NCBI GenBank assembly: GCA_047967505.1
Contig: CM106538.1
Direction: 5' to 3' (one strand)
Source of the DNA: Dipteris shenzhenensis
Taxonomy: Eukaryota
DNA: 64,000 nt
Made by a program: the position numbers and the translations under genes. The notes below the pieces were generated by a model. It made no database searches. It was not told where the DNA came from and saw nothing but the letters and a program-made list of their open reading frames with translations. How positions within the stretch are numbered: position 1 is the stretch's first letter; every line of letters begins with the position of its first letter. Below, in pieces: positions 50,286 through 63,143 of this stretch.

Positions 50286-51967
50286 AATAGTCTATCCCTA
50301 TGCCCGTTACTATAGGTCTATTTCTATGCCCATCACCTTACAACTACCCTACAATCGTGGGTGCATGGATATGAAGAAAGTTAATGCTGCCACTAGGCGC
50401 GACCACATCCCTTGCCTTTCACGGAACATGTTCTAGAAAGAGTAGTAGGAAAGGAAGCTTACAGCTTCCTAGATGGATTCTAGGGATACAAACAGGTATC
50501 TATCGCCCCACAGGATCAACATAAAACTTTCTTTGCAACTAAGTTGGGTGTGTACATGGCCAAAGTAATGATATTTCGGCTTACCAATGCGCCTGCCACA
50601 TTTCAGTGGTTGATGATCACCATCTTCAAGGAGTACTTGAGGGACTTCATAGAAGTCTTCCTAGATGACGTGTCCATGAACTCAACATGGGATGATCACT
50701 TGAGATATCTGAAACTAGTCCTTGAAAGATGGAGGCTGTATTAGATATTCCTAAATCCCCTAAAGTGCCAATTTTGGGTCAAACACGCCATGATTCTCGA
50801 TCACATAGTGTCCAAGAATGGCATCTCCATGGATTACAACAAGATCAAGATCATTCTAGAGTTACCTCTCCCCAACAATGCTAAGGGAGTGCAATGGTTT
50901 ACGAATCATACGAGCTTCTATCAAAGATTCATCCTATTTTACATAGACATAGCCCAGCCATTATACAAGATGTTGTAGTCTTTGAGTGGACCTAGGAATG
51001 TCAAAAATCCTTTGTGACCCTCAAGCTAGCTTTGGTCATAGCACCAGTATTGCGGGCCCCAGATTAGAATCTAATATTCCACATCCACATAGATGCCTCA
51101 AAGTTAAATGTGTGTTAGCACAACCAAGGGAGTACACCTGGACTACCTGGTGTACTTTGCTAGTCGACAATTAAATGATGTCGAGGTTAATTACACAACA
51201 ATAGAGAGGGAAGGCCTAGCCATGGTCTATGCAGTTAAGAACTTTAGGCATTACTTGTTGGCCAACAAGCTTGTATTTTTTGTAGATCATCAAGCTTACT
51301 GTATTTGGTTAACAAGCCCTACATGACGGGACACATCACAAAGTGGATGCTAATCCTTTTGGAGTTCAACTTCACAGTCACAAAATGTAAATGGAAGACC
51401 CACATCCTAACTGACCACCTCTCAAGGTTTCCCAATGGGAAGGCTCCAAAGGGAGTCGAGAATTACCTCCCAGATGCTCCCCTATTCCTCATTGACATAA
51501 TTCCGAAGTGGGTAGCCGAAACAGGCTACTACCTCTGGCAAATGGGTTGCCTCTAGACAAAGCCCTCAAGAGGGATAGAGCCCACAAACTCATCAAGTAT
51601 GCAGCACCATATTAGCTAATTATAGGCCAACTATACCGCACAAGCAAGGATAGCATCATGTGTAGATGCATGTGCAAGCACGAATACATTATGTGTAGAC
51701 ATGTGTGCAAGCATGAATACATCAACGTGCTCAAAGAAACACATTCTAGGATAGCAAGCAGTCCCTTTGCTTTGCTAACATTATGGCACAAAGTGTTGCA
51801 CGCAGGCCTAAGTGTGGCCAACTCTCTTTGGAGATGAAGTTCAGTTTATCAAGCGATGTGATCCCTGCCAAAGAGTTCAAATTCCACATAGAGGACATGC
51901 TGCCCCTAATGGGAATATTAACTGATCAGCGCTTTGAGAAATGGGGCATAGAATTTATTGGCCCAAT

Positions 51968-54900
51968 TGAGAGATCTAGACAATGGAAGTGGAACAAAAT
52001 AAGGTGAGAGAGAGGGAGAGCTAGAAGAGAGAGCCACACAAGTTTTGGTGGGTGCAAAACACCCTAATCTTCTATGTCATCCATATATATATATATGTGT
52101 TTTCATATTATACATAACTAGGGTTAAGGTAAAGTGGCCTTTAACCCCCACAATCTCCCACTTAACAATGTGGCTTTAAGGGAGAACAACCAGTGGACAT
52201 ACTATCCAATGCCCATGAATACACAATAATACTCAAATAACTGACTAGGTAAACTCTTTGTCAGCATATCTGCAAGGTTATCATCTGTATGAACCTTGAC
52301 AAGCTCTATATACTTGTGCTCAAGTACCTCCCTAATGAAATGGTACCTAACCTCAATGTGTTTGGCCTTTGCATGAAAGAACTGATTCCATGCTAGCTAA
52401 ATAGCACTCATGGAATGTTGGTACACCTGTATGAGTCCCCAAATCTCATCTCTGTGGCTGCAACAACATACTCAGCCTTTGTGGTAGACAAAACAATGCA
52501 CTTTTGTGCATGACACATCCATGACATTGCATCACTTGCAAAGGTGAACACATAACTAGAAGTGGATCTCCTGCAAGGGTGAGCACATAACTAGAAGTGG
52601 ATCTCCTACTATCCACATGCCCTACATAGTCTGAATTTGTGCACCCAAGTACACGCATCTCTCCTCTGCCAAATCAGATACACATCTATCTCCTTGGTAC
52701 CCTTCATGTATCTCGTGATGCACTTAACTGCCTCCCAATGCCTCTTTCCTAGATTAACCATATATTGGCTAACAATTCTTCTGAACATGGGAATCGTTTT
52801 AACGATTTGAAGAATTCAATGCCATAGAAGCCCAGGGAGAGCAGCTGAACGACATTCAACATCACAAGAACAAGTGACGATCTGTAGAAAAGAGGAACGA
52901 AGGCAGTAGCACCGACCAAAGCGTAAGCCGAGCAAAGAGTGAAATAGACACCATCTTGCAGGGAGGTAGAGTTGTTGATAGTATCCCACCAGCTACTGTC
53001 GAGGAGCTACCGAGGAGCCATGGATGGGGAAATGCAGGCGCCCTTCTACATTGCAGGAGGGAGTTCCTCGCGCAGATCTTGTAAGAAATAAGTAAAGAGA
53101 AGTGTAAGCTATGAGAAAGGCACTGAAGAAGGCTCGCTGAAGAAGAGCATAACCGCAGATTGAAGGAGAACTCGACATGATGGCATGAGAGCAGCTGTAG
53201 TAGGAAAAAGTTTGATGGTAGACGATTACAAACATGGAGCCAAAGTCCTTAGGGTTGGAACCCTACCTATTACAGCTACATGCACATTATCCTTACTTTA
53301 TGCACCTTAAAAATCCCTTTTGTACAAGAAATTTTTTCTTACGCCTTGAAAAATTGGCGCAGCATTGTCTTGTATGGCAAATGATGGACATGTTGTACTA
53401 TGACCGAGATTACTATGGGTGCCCTGCCCTTGCATTGGCATAAAATGGATGTAATTTTCTCTCACCCATGTTTATGAGGGTCCTCTACCCGAGCCCACGG
53501 GTGCTCAAAAAGATATTTGATTGTGGTGTGCAGGAGTAGTGTACATTGATGATGATTGCAAATGCAATGTCCGATCTAGTAGCTATCATAGCATACATAA
53601 GACTCCCAACCACTAATGCATAAGGAACCTTGGCAATCATGGCCCTCTCCTCATCTGATTTGGGACTATCTTCCTAACTCAGTTTCACATATGGAGGCAA
53701 TGGAGTACTTATTGCCTTCCCCCCCTCCATATTGAAACACTGTAACACGTTTGTAACATACTCCTTCTGTGAAAGCCAAAGGAGTTTCCTACTCCGGTCA
53801 TGTGCGATGCGCATACCAAGAATTTGACTTGGAGTTCTTTGAAAAAAAAAAGAATATGACTTGGAGGTCCCAAATCCTTCATGTCAAAGGCCTCATGCAA
53901 CTTTTCCTTCAATGTATCAAGCTCATAAGTGCTCTTGTTAGCCAAAAGCATATCATCCACATAAAGTGCCAAGAATATCAGGCCATTATCCTTAGCCCTT
54001 TTATTGTAGAGGCAGTGATCAATCTCACTTCTTCTAAAACCTTGGAACTGAATGAAAGCATCAAGCTTCTGATACCATTCTCTAGGTGCTTGCTTAAGGC
54101 CATATAGACTCTTTTTTAGCTTGCAAACCAAATGATCTTTGACCTTTTCTTCAAAGCCTTCCAACTGCAGCATGTAAATTTCCTCATGCAAGAAAGCTAT
54201 CTTGACATCCATTTGCATAAGCTCCATATCCTCTACTACCATAAGTCCAAGTACGCATCTAAGTGTGGTCATATTTACAATCGAAGAGATCTCATCAAAG
54301 TCCACACCCTTCTCTTGCTTGAACCCTTTAGCAACCAAATGGGCCTTATACTTAGGCACATCATCACCTATGACCTTCATCTTGTAGACCCATTTACATG
54401 GCAATGCTTTCTTTCCATGTGGCAAAGAAACCAAGTCCGAAGTCTTATTTTTCATGAGTGAATTCATCTCTGATTGCATAGCACACTCCCACTTGTGCTG
54501 ATCCTCGCGCATCATAGCCTCTCTGTAGCAAGAGGACTCCCCACAATCAGTAAGCATCACATAGTCTTCCCTTGGAACAAATCTCTCAGGGAGTCTAGAC
54601 ACTCTAGATGACATTCTCTAGGGAATTTCAGATTGTTTTCCACCTTCATATCACCCACATTTGGCTCATCATTTCCACCAATAAATGATCCATCATCTAC
54701 CCTCGATTTTGTACTTGTGGGAGTACCTGGGGGCACATTTCCTACACATTTGGTGCATGAACAGCTTGTTGTCTATCAACATATGTGGGTAAATTCACAT
54801 CCTGGAAAGTGATTCTCCTCATTTCCACATCCCTCATGGGTGTCTTATGCATCTTCTTCTCATTCAAGACCACATCATGGCTTCATATGATCTTCTTTGC

Positions 54901-57900
54901 TTTTGGATCCCACAGATGATTGCCGATCTCTCCACTTTCACTATAACCCAGAAAGATGTGTTTCCTAGACTTAGGATCTAGCTTCTTCCCAAGCTCTTTT
55001 GGCACATGTGCATATGCCTCACACCCAAATATATGCAAATGAGAGTAAGAGGGCTTCTTGGCACTCCATGCCTCTTCAGGAATACCACCATCCAAACTCT
55101 TACTAGGTGATCTATTGATCACATGTACTGCAGTCTTCGTTGCCTTAGCCCAAAAACCACTAGAAAGACTTGCATTGGAAAGCATACATTGTAACCTTTC
55201 CTAAATGGTGCGATTCATCTATTTTGCAATTGGATTTTGCTCTCGAGTATGAGGAGATGTGAGCTCCCTCTTGATCCCACATGTATCACCAAAAATGCTA
55301 AAAGTCATAAGAGAGATACTCTCCACCATTGTCAGTCCATAGGCATTTAAGCATTCTACCTGATTGATTTTCAACCAAATCTAGCCATTCCTAAAATACC
55401 TAGAACACATCACTCTTCTGAGCTATAGCATAGGCCCATCCTGTCCTAGTTGCATCATCAATGAATGTCACATAGTATTCAACCCCACCTAATGACCGTG
55501 TAGGCATGGGACCACATACATCTGAATGCACCAAATTAATCTTTTCAAGCTCTTTCTTTCCCCTTCTTTTATGGGCTGATTTAGTCTGCTTTCCATAGAG
55601 AAAATGCTCACAAAATTCAAAGTTAGAAAAACTCAATTGTGGTACATAATTGAAACGACATAAGACTTTCATTCCATTCTGGCTCGTGTGCCCCAACCGG
55701 CAATGCCACAAAGAAGTACTTGGTTGCTCGATAATTACAACAACATGATCAGACACCCCTAATACATGTAAGGCATACAATGTCAAACACTTGGCACCTC
55801 TTGCCAAAACCATAGAGACGTTCTGAATTTTCCAACTCTGAAAAACCAAAGATGGTCTGAAAACCAACATCATCTAGCTGACCCACTGAAATAAGATTCT
55901 TGGTCAGATTAGGAACATGTCTCACATTTTTCAAAGAAAATGCATACCCATTTGCAAAAGAAAACTTTATGTCACCTGCTCCCACTATGTCACATGCATA
56001 GTTATTTCCAAGAAGCACACAACCTGTCTTTCCACTATCATAAGTGGAGAACCATTCCCTATGGGGAGTAACATGGAATGAAGCACTAGAATCCAAAATC
56101 CAATCCTGGTAATATGTATCATTTGAGGTGGTAAGCAAGTCTGCAGGTAGACTAGACATGAAGAGAATGTCATTGTCACCATTATCAAAATGATGACTAC
56201 ATTGATCTCCTTGATCTTCATTTTTCCTTTGTCCTCCCTTGGGACTCTAAATTTCCTTCTTATTTGCACCCCAATTTGCATTCTTTTTCTTATCCTTTTG
56301 CTCTCTTTTTAGCTTGTAGCAATCCTTTTTCATGTGGTCCTTCTTGCCACTATGGTAAGACTCAATGTTTTGTGCCCTAGATTTGCTACCAGGCTTCCCT
56401 CTTTCTTGGGACTTCATGCTAAACTGTGATCAGCCCCTTTGCACATTTAAGGCTGCATCTTGCTTATTGCCATGCATAGACTTTCATCTAATCTCCTCAG
56501 CCAACAAGCTACCCACAACATCATCAAACTTCAGTACTCCACCAGGTGCAGAGTTACTGACAGTTGTACGGAAGGTATCCCATGAGGATGGCAATGAACA
56601 CAAGAGAAATATTGCCTTAGTCTCCGCATTAAAATTCATCTTTTGAGCTTTAAGCTGGCTGAAAATAATATTGAATTCATTCAAGTGAGAAGCAATGAAG
56701 ACCCCTTCCTTCATCTGAAGCTCAAACAACCTCTTCATGAGAGGTAAACTTTATTAGAGGCAGTTTCCTTCTCATAATTGGCACATAATTTCTTTCACAA
56801 ATCTTTTGTAGTCTGCTCATTTTCTACTACAAAATAGACTGACTCTGTAAGATGAAGTCTAACAATAGACTTTGCTAATGCATCCAACTCATTCCAATCG
56901 TCCTCAGACATATCTGCAGGCTTAGCTCCAATCCTTGCCAAGGGTTTAATCTACTTCTTTTGAATAAGCACATCCCTTATCTATTGTTTTTATAAAGAAA
57001 AGTTTGTCCCATATTATTTAATGCTGAAAAACTCCTTTTTCAGACATGGAAGAGGATGCCATGATGCAAATGAAACAAAATCCCAAATCCTAGTACTTGC
57101 AAGAGAGAAATCACACCAAATACCAAGTGCACCCAAATGTGTATGCCAAAATGGAAGGTAATATCACCAAACCTCAAAGGATAAAAGCATCGAAATGCAT
57201 CTAACTCATGTGCACATACTATGCATGTATATGAGCAAATCTAGCCAAAAAGAAAATGCCAACTGCAATGGCAAAATAATGGCAATCCCATGCCAAAAAT
57301 GAGTGCCAAAATGCCTCAAGTATAAATGTTGTCCATGAGCATATGCATCAACAAAATCTTATCCAAGAGAATGATAGCACAACCTGTGCATCCACTGCAA
57401 TATGTCAAAGTTGTCCCTCAACTAAAGTAACATATGTGTGCTAAACTTCCATCAATAAAGCATCCCACAAGGCAATCTGGGCCGATCAGCACATCTAACA
57501 AGGATCAAAATGCATCCAAATGGCCTATAAAGCATCCACTGCAACCCAATGCAAACCAAGAATGAGCGCACATAGCTCAAAATGAAACCAGAGTGATCTG
57601 CATAAGGTATATCCAAAAAATCACAACCCCACGGCAATGATCGCTAGTGGAAATAGAAAAAAGAATGCCTCAAAACATGGGCATCACCACATAATCGAAC
57701 TCAGCAAGAAAATCTGCAAATATCTCTCTTTTGCTGGAACTCCAAAATCCTAACTAATGAATGGGAAATGGGGAGTCAACTCTTGCAATTGACCTGTAAT
57801 CCAAAAGTCAAAGGTTTGAACCTTGGCCTCTAGTGTTACACCCGGGCTCAACTAGAACACCCGCGCTTTGATACCAGTTGAGAGATCTGGACAACAGAAG

Positions 57901-58059
57901 CAGAATGGAAGAAGGTGAGAGAGAGGGAGAGCCAAAACAGAGAGCCACAAAAGTTTTGGTAGGTGCATAACACCCTAATCTTTTATGTCATCCATATATA
58001 TATGTGTTTGAGTATTGTACATAAATGGGGTTAAGGTACAGTGGCCTTTAACCCCCACA
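51968..58059 (-). mobile_element. Full-length decayed Ty1/Copia family A, copy A3 (Tnt1/Tork-like)
   Basis: Short LTRs at 57879-58059 (5') and 51968-52152 (3'). PBS TGGTATCAAAGC at 57865-57876. Degenerate TSD CCAAT/TCGAT, both one step from CCGAT. gag from ~57060, WILDSSASFH, LWHCRLGH, RT ORF 53709-54614, RNase H ~52210-52650. Confidence 0.92.
52779..53555 (+). mobile_element. LTR-less internal fragment of an E-family element inserted into Copia A3
   Basis: 52825-52894 matches ~28016-28085 (syntaxin piece and flank). ~53310-53478 and 53539-53554 match ~28815-28999. There is no TSD. Confidence 0.85.
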
Positions 58060-59101
58060 TCGATAAGCCCAACCACTAGAGGAGCTCGGGCCAAATACAT
58101 TATCCTAGCCACATATTACTTCACCAAGTGGAGGGTCAGGCCATAAGAAAAGCTGATGCGCGGTCCACATCTAAGTTTTTATATGAACAAGTCATCACAC
58201 GGTTTGGGTGCCCCTTAGAATTGGTTAGTGATGATGAGTGAGGAACTCATTTCCTCAATGAAACTATAGCGATCCTGACTAGGGAATTCATGATCATACA
58301 TAGGAAGTCGACACCATACTACCCCAGGGAAAATGGTCTGGCTGAGAGCTTGAACAAGACATGCTTCAAGATTATAACTTGCACAGTGGAATCCAGTCAT
58401 ACCAACTGGGAACACAAGCTCATCGTCGCATTGTAGGCCTACCAAATGTCTTACAAAGTGGCCACAAATTGCACCCCCTTCAGCCTAGCCTTTGGGGTGG
58501 AAGCAGTTATGCTAATTGAATATGTAGTTCCCAGCCTCTGCATCATGATCAAGGAAAGGCTCACCAAAAATGCCTTGGCGGAGCGCTCAATCGATCTCAA
58601 ATGGCTAGATGAAACAAGATTGCTTACAGCTTATTGCCTCCAAGTGGAGAAGGCATGCTGCAAAAAATGGTTTGATTCGTAACCTTAAAAACAAGGACCT
58701 CAAGGAAGGAGATCTCACACTCCTCTATAGCATCCGCAACACCAAATGTAAATTTAAATGCAGGGGCATGCATCCCTATTGCATAGTGGAGATTACTCTG
58801 CAAGGCACATGCCAACTTGCTACCCTGGTCAGAGTGGAAATGGATGGTTACCTTAACGGGAGTAAATTGAAAAGATACTACATTCCTCTCACCCTGCAGA
58901 CCCTCCAAGCCATCCATAGGGAAAAGGAGCTTAAGGCCAAGGTAGCATGGATAAAACATCAGAAGAAGCCAAGGCACGTAATGCCAAAATCAAACAACGT
59001 AAGCAAATGGCCTTGTTTAAGGCAACACTCAGACTGATGAACTAATGGTAGATCCAGCTAGGTTGAATGTCCAATTGCAGGGCCCAAGCTTATGCATCTA
59101 G

Positions 59102-59390
59102 GTGCTTGTGGATCCAAGAGCGAGCCATAACTTCATCTCCTACAAAGTATGGGAAGTGCTACAGATACCCTCAACCTTACTATGGCTTCAGCCCATGCAA
59201 TCAATGGTTAACTCTTAAGCACATTGTGGTATGTGGACTTGAAACTAATGGTTGTTCATTAGGAAGTAGAGATTCATTTTTATGTTCTCCCCACAGACGT
59301 GCTACTCCATGAATTGCCAAATCGACTCAAGGGCTAGAACAGCAACTCTCACGAATGAGGGAAGAACTGTAGTAATTCTACTTTGTAAAG
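59102..59390 (+). pseudogene. Retropepsin-like aspartic protease remnant downstream of Gypsy integrase
   Basis: VLVDPRASHNFISYKVWEVL, then after frameshifts AHAING...YVDLKL...VEIHFYVLP and NCQIDSRARTATL. This follows the retropepsin motif order (LVDxGASHNFIS...F.VL...N..ID). Confidence 0.7.
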
Positions 59391-60799
59391 TTCCTCCCAT
59401 CTCCCCCATAGTACCACTACCTGCAAAACGCAAAGAAATTTTAAACGAAGGCAATTCCAAGGCCCCAACACTCTTGGCTTTGACCCTCAGAAGGAAGCCA
59501 GGATAGCATGAAGTTCTAATTGTAGTGATAGTAAGGCCATGCTACAAGCTACTCTTCCAGCCCTATCGCCCACCCAAAAATGCCACGAACAATAGGTACA
59601 AGAAGCCATTCTCACTGCACAACGCCACTTCAAGAGAAGTCAATGGCCTAAAAAGATCGAAGCAAGGGAAGGGTCTTCGATCCCTTCTTGGCCTACATTG
59701 ACATGGGTAATTCCATCCAAGAGAAGAGCTCGATGCCACCAATCATCTCGTTTACAAGGGCTGATTTCACCACTCCAAGAACAGCGAACTCACAAGTGCT
59801 AGGTTGTGACAAAGCTCTTGGAAGCCTAGCGCAACTACCAAGGCGAGCGAGTCGCTTGGATCCAAAAACTTTTGACGATTCAAAATATGTGATCCCAACT
59901 CGCTGGGGTGTAGAAGGTAGTAACACAAGAACTTGCGTCAACTTTGGATGCACTTCCACAAGAACCTACCATTGGGTCCATCTCGACAAACAAGCCCCCA
60001 AGCCCACGGAGTGCCATGATTCCAAGAATAGTACAACTCAATGAAAAGGTCACTCAGGGCCTCGAGGAAGCAACACAAGGACTAACTCACTAAAAGTGGT
60101 TCAATTACACAAGAACCTTCCTCCATGCCCATGCGCATGCCATCAAAGGACACTTTACTCAATAGAACACTAGGGTGTTACCCGGGCATAACCCGTCTAC
60201 CACATCAAAGTTTACAGTACCACAAGAACCTGTTTTCGACCTGGTTATAACCACACAAGGACCCGCATGCCTTACCCCAAGAGATATTCATCAAAGGGAA
60301 CAAAGCAGTGCCAATGCACACATGACAACCAGGGTGATGCACAAACTCAACACGTGCATAGGTATTGGTCATGATTATACTGTGAAGTCTTAAAACTCCA
60401 TATTGTACCTATGCAAGGAAAAAAAATCAAGTCAAGAATAATTTTCAAATCAAAAGACTTTTGCAACTCAATACCTACACACAGGAGCATGGATCAAATG
60501 AAAAAATTGATAGATGTAATCTCCATTTTTCCCATGAAAAAATGCATGCCATCCTACATGCTCTTTGTATCCCAAGAAGTTCACAAAGATCCTTTGTGGT
60601 CCATAGGCACCCATAACTCATCTAGGAACAATACAATAATATCCTTGGTGCATGTATCCCCTAAAAACATAGTCTCAAAACTTGGAGTTCTAACAAAATC
60701 CTTGAATTAGGAACATATAAGAAAAAATAATATCGAACTTATGCATTAATACATAGCTGAAATAAGTCTCACTTATTGCAAAAAAAATAAAGCAACAAA

Positions 60800-63015
60800 A
60801 AGGATAGTTTATTCACTGAAGGTAAGATGCCATCTCCAACAAGTCGACCAATAGCTGTGGTGGACCAATACCTAGGACCTGTATATTTCTAAATGTCAAC
60901 AAATATATTATTAGATAAACCAAGTTAGCATTTATCTACTAAACAAATATATTCCTATAATATTAGCAGCCACTATGTTAGTGGGGGTGAATGCGAATGA
61001 TTCATCCATCCTACCATGTTGCAATAAAGATACAATGTGTCAAAGTATATACTTAATGGAAAGAATCCAACCACTACCATTCCTCTTTAATTCTTTGCCA
61101 AGGAGAATGGTTCTAGGGTCATAGTCTACAAACACCTTTCCAATGGAATGTAATGAGTGCAAATCATCTCATGAACCTTGGTGGTGTTCATAAGGGGACG
61201 AGCATTTTCTGAGCGAAATCTTCCGAGCGTCCGAGCAAAGGAAAAAAAAAGCTTCCAACTATGCATAAATATGGCAAAAATCGATCAGAAGAAAACATAG
61301 TTTCACTTAGAAATATGCAAAGTATTATAGCAATGCCTATTTTATACAAAAATCTTTAGGTGAATCTGGAGGAATGGTGAGAGCATAATGGGATGGCTTT
61401 TGAAGAAACCCACATGTCGAGTAGGCTTCTCTATGAAAATTCCCTTATGATCCTTCTTACAACTTTTACTTAATAGGGGGTGACATTGAAAACCCTCTCT
61501 CAACCTATCTTCATGAAAGAGTTTCTTCAAAGAAAACTCATTGAAGCAAGCCATCCAGGTAGTTTCGCCAGCGAAACCCCTTTGAAGCAAGTCTCCCAAG
61601 GTAATTTCGCTGGCGAAACTACCTTGGACAGCACTTTTAAAAGTGACATAACTTTCATATCCAATGTCCAAATATAGTCATTCAACCACTCAAATTGATC
61701 GGAACACCCCATTTGAGCACATCTATGGAGTTATATTTTGGAAAATCTTTCATATATAGTATTAAATATTACATGTATTTTATGAGAGTGATATATAAGC
61801 CCAAGTTAATACTTATTTATAGTAATTTAATCTTCTTTAGAAACATGTCCATAAATATGCTATAAAAACACTAAAAAGATATTGCCATATGATATAAATG
61901 TGTTAATAAGTAATTATATATTACATTGAGAGTGATTATGAGGAATGTTTCTTAAAGGAATCAACACTTTTTTAAGGTAATAACAGGGGTACAAAGGGAT
62001 GTCTCTAAATAAGAAAATTATGTTGTGTAAAAATGAATGAGTGACTAGTCTGTATATTTTTATGATAAAGGGATCTAGTTCTAGTGAAAATAAAAGTGTA
62101 AAAACCATGTTTCCTAAAGAAAAACATTTTTAAAAATCTCTTGAAAAACACGCTCGGATAAACCTGCTCATAGGTTTTTGCTCGTAAAATTGACGCATCC
62201 GTGTTCATAAACACCTTAGTATGTCTTACCTTAACCTTATCTATCCATGTGAATCTTTCTTCATGTCATCACCCTCAGTGGTGTCCATATCCCAAGAAGC
62301 TCTGGACTAAGTGGAGGTATGCAATATTATAGTTGATGCAATGACATGAGGCAATGACAAAGTGTTCAATATTCACAAAGTGTTAATATTAAATACGTAG
62401 CATTGCCTTAACTATGTTGACACATTATGTAAACAAACAACATATACAACAATTTAGACCCAAAGTCTAGAAATGGTGAGAAAAAAATGAATTGGCTAGT
62501 ATTGAATGTTCAAATGAGTAAATATCATTTATAAAAAATCATAGCTCGTAAGTAGCTCCTCTCTTGCACATATACAATCTATGGATTCAACACAAATGTG
62601 TCCATATTCTGTAACATCTGCTCTTCTCATGGAGATGGACCAAGGTGGTAAATAAGGGCAAAATACATAACAAACATTTGGCTTTGAATTTGTATTTTTG
62701 CAAGTGTTGAAAAACCCGGCCAGGCCACATTTCCATGCCGAACACCACCAACAATGTACACCATATCCTCCATAGAAACATAAGGGTCCTCTTGGATAGA
62801 GTACTTCTTTAGCATTGTTCTAGATTCATACAATTTTTTCCAATCTTTATACGCATATTTGCCACCTTTGTAATGGAGAATAGTAGTCCCTCTCTTAATG
62901 GAACCGTGGCTAGTGGCCTGTAATAGATGGCTCATGCACGTCAAAATCCACACTTTTAATCCGAAAGACTTCCTTGATGGGGACACGAAACTTTGGTGTT
63001 CCAAGTGGATCACGT
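60800..63015 (-). pseudogene. Unidentified decayed multi-exon coding remnant, split by a TIR element
   Basis: Acceptor-like sites at ~63020 (GTACCAG) and ~60880 (ATACAG). The frame ...YCIPPLSPELLGIWTPLRVM...GKTYQGS.DDLHSLHSIGKVFVDYDPRTILLGKEL... stays in phase once 61183-62220 is removed. Its stops are one C-to-T step from Gln/Arg codons. Confidence 0.4.
61183..62215. mobile_element. Non-autonomous TIR DNA transposon (~1 kb) with apparent 5 bp TSD
   Basis: Ends GGTGTTCATAA / TCATAAACACC (9 of 11 inverted match). Subterminal GAGC repeats on the left, GCTC on the right. Flanks TTGGT (61178-61182) and TTAGT (62216-62220). Confidence 0.65.
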
Positions 63016-63143
63016 CCTGGTACATACATATTCAAACAAGATTTTAAATTATATATGTCTACATGGCAAAGGACAACCCAATTCGCCCAAAAAACATTAC
63101 AATACTTGAGACCAAATCAAATGAAAATTTGGCATATGTACCT

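Larger units (their letters stand above)
50290..59500 (+). mobile_element. Decayed Ty3/Gypsy (Athila/Tat-like) RT-RH-INT, split in integrase by Copia A3
   Basis: RT/RH 50370-51500 (KKVNAATRRD, FRLTNAPATFQ, VFLDDV, NYTTIEREGL). Integrase FEKWGIEFIGP at 51940-51967 resumes at 58060 (ISPTT...YIILATYYFTKW) and runs to YLNGSKLKRYY (~58880). Confidence 0.88.

Noticed and set aside
13469-54461. Many 60-140 aa ORFs antisense to Copia/Gypsy pol or inside LTRs, some recurring in several copies
   Set aside because: They are shadow frames. They recur because the elements are repeated, and they carry no independent motifs.
61563-61618. E2F binding sites (TTTCGCCA-like) linked to MCM4 regulation
   Set aside because: Imperfect match to the plant WTTSSCSS consensus, and 60 kb downstream of the gene inside a TE.
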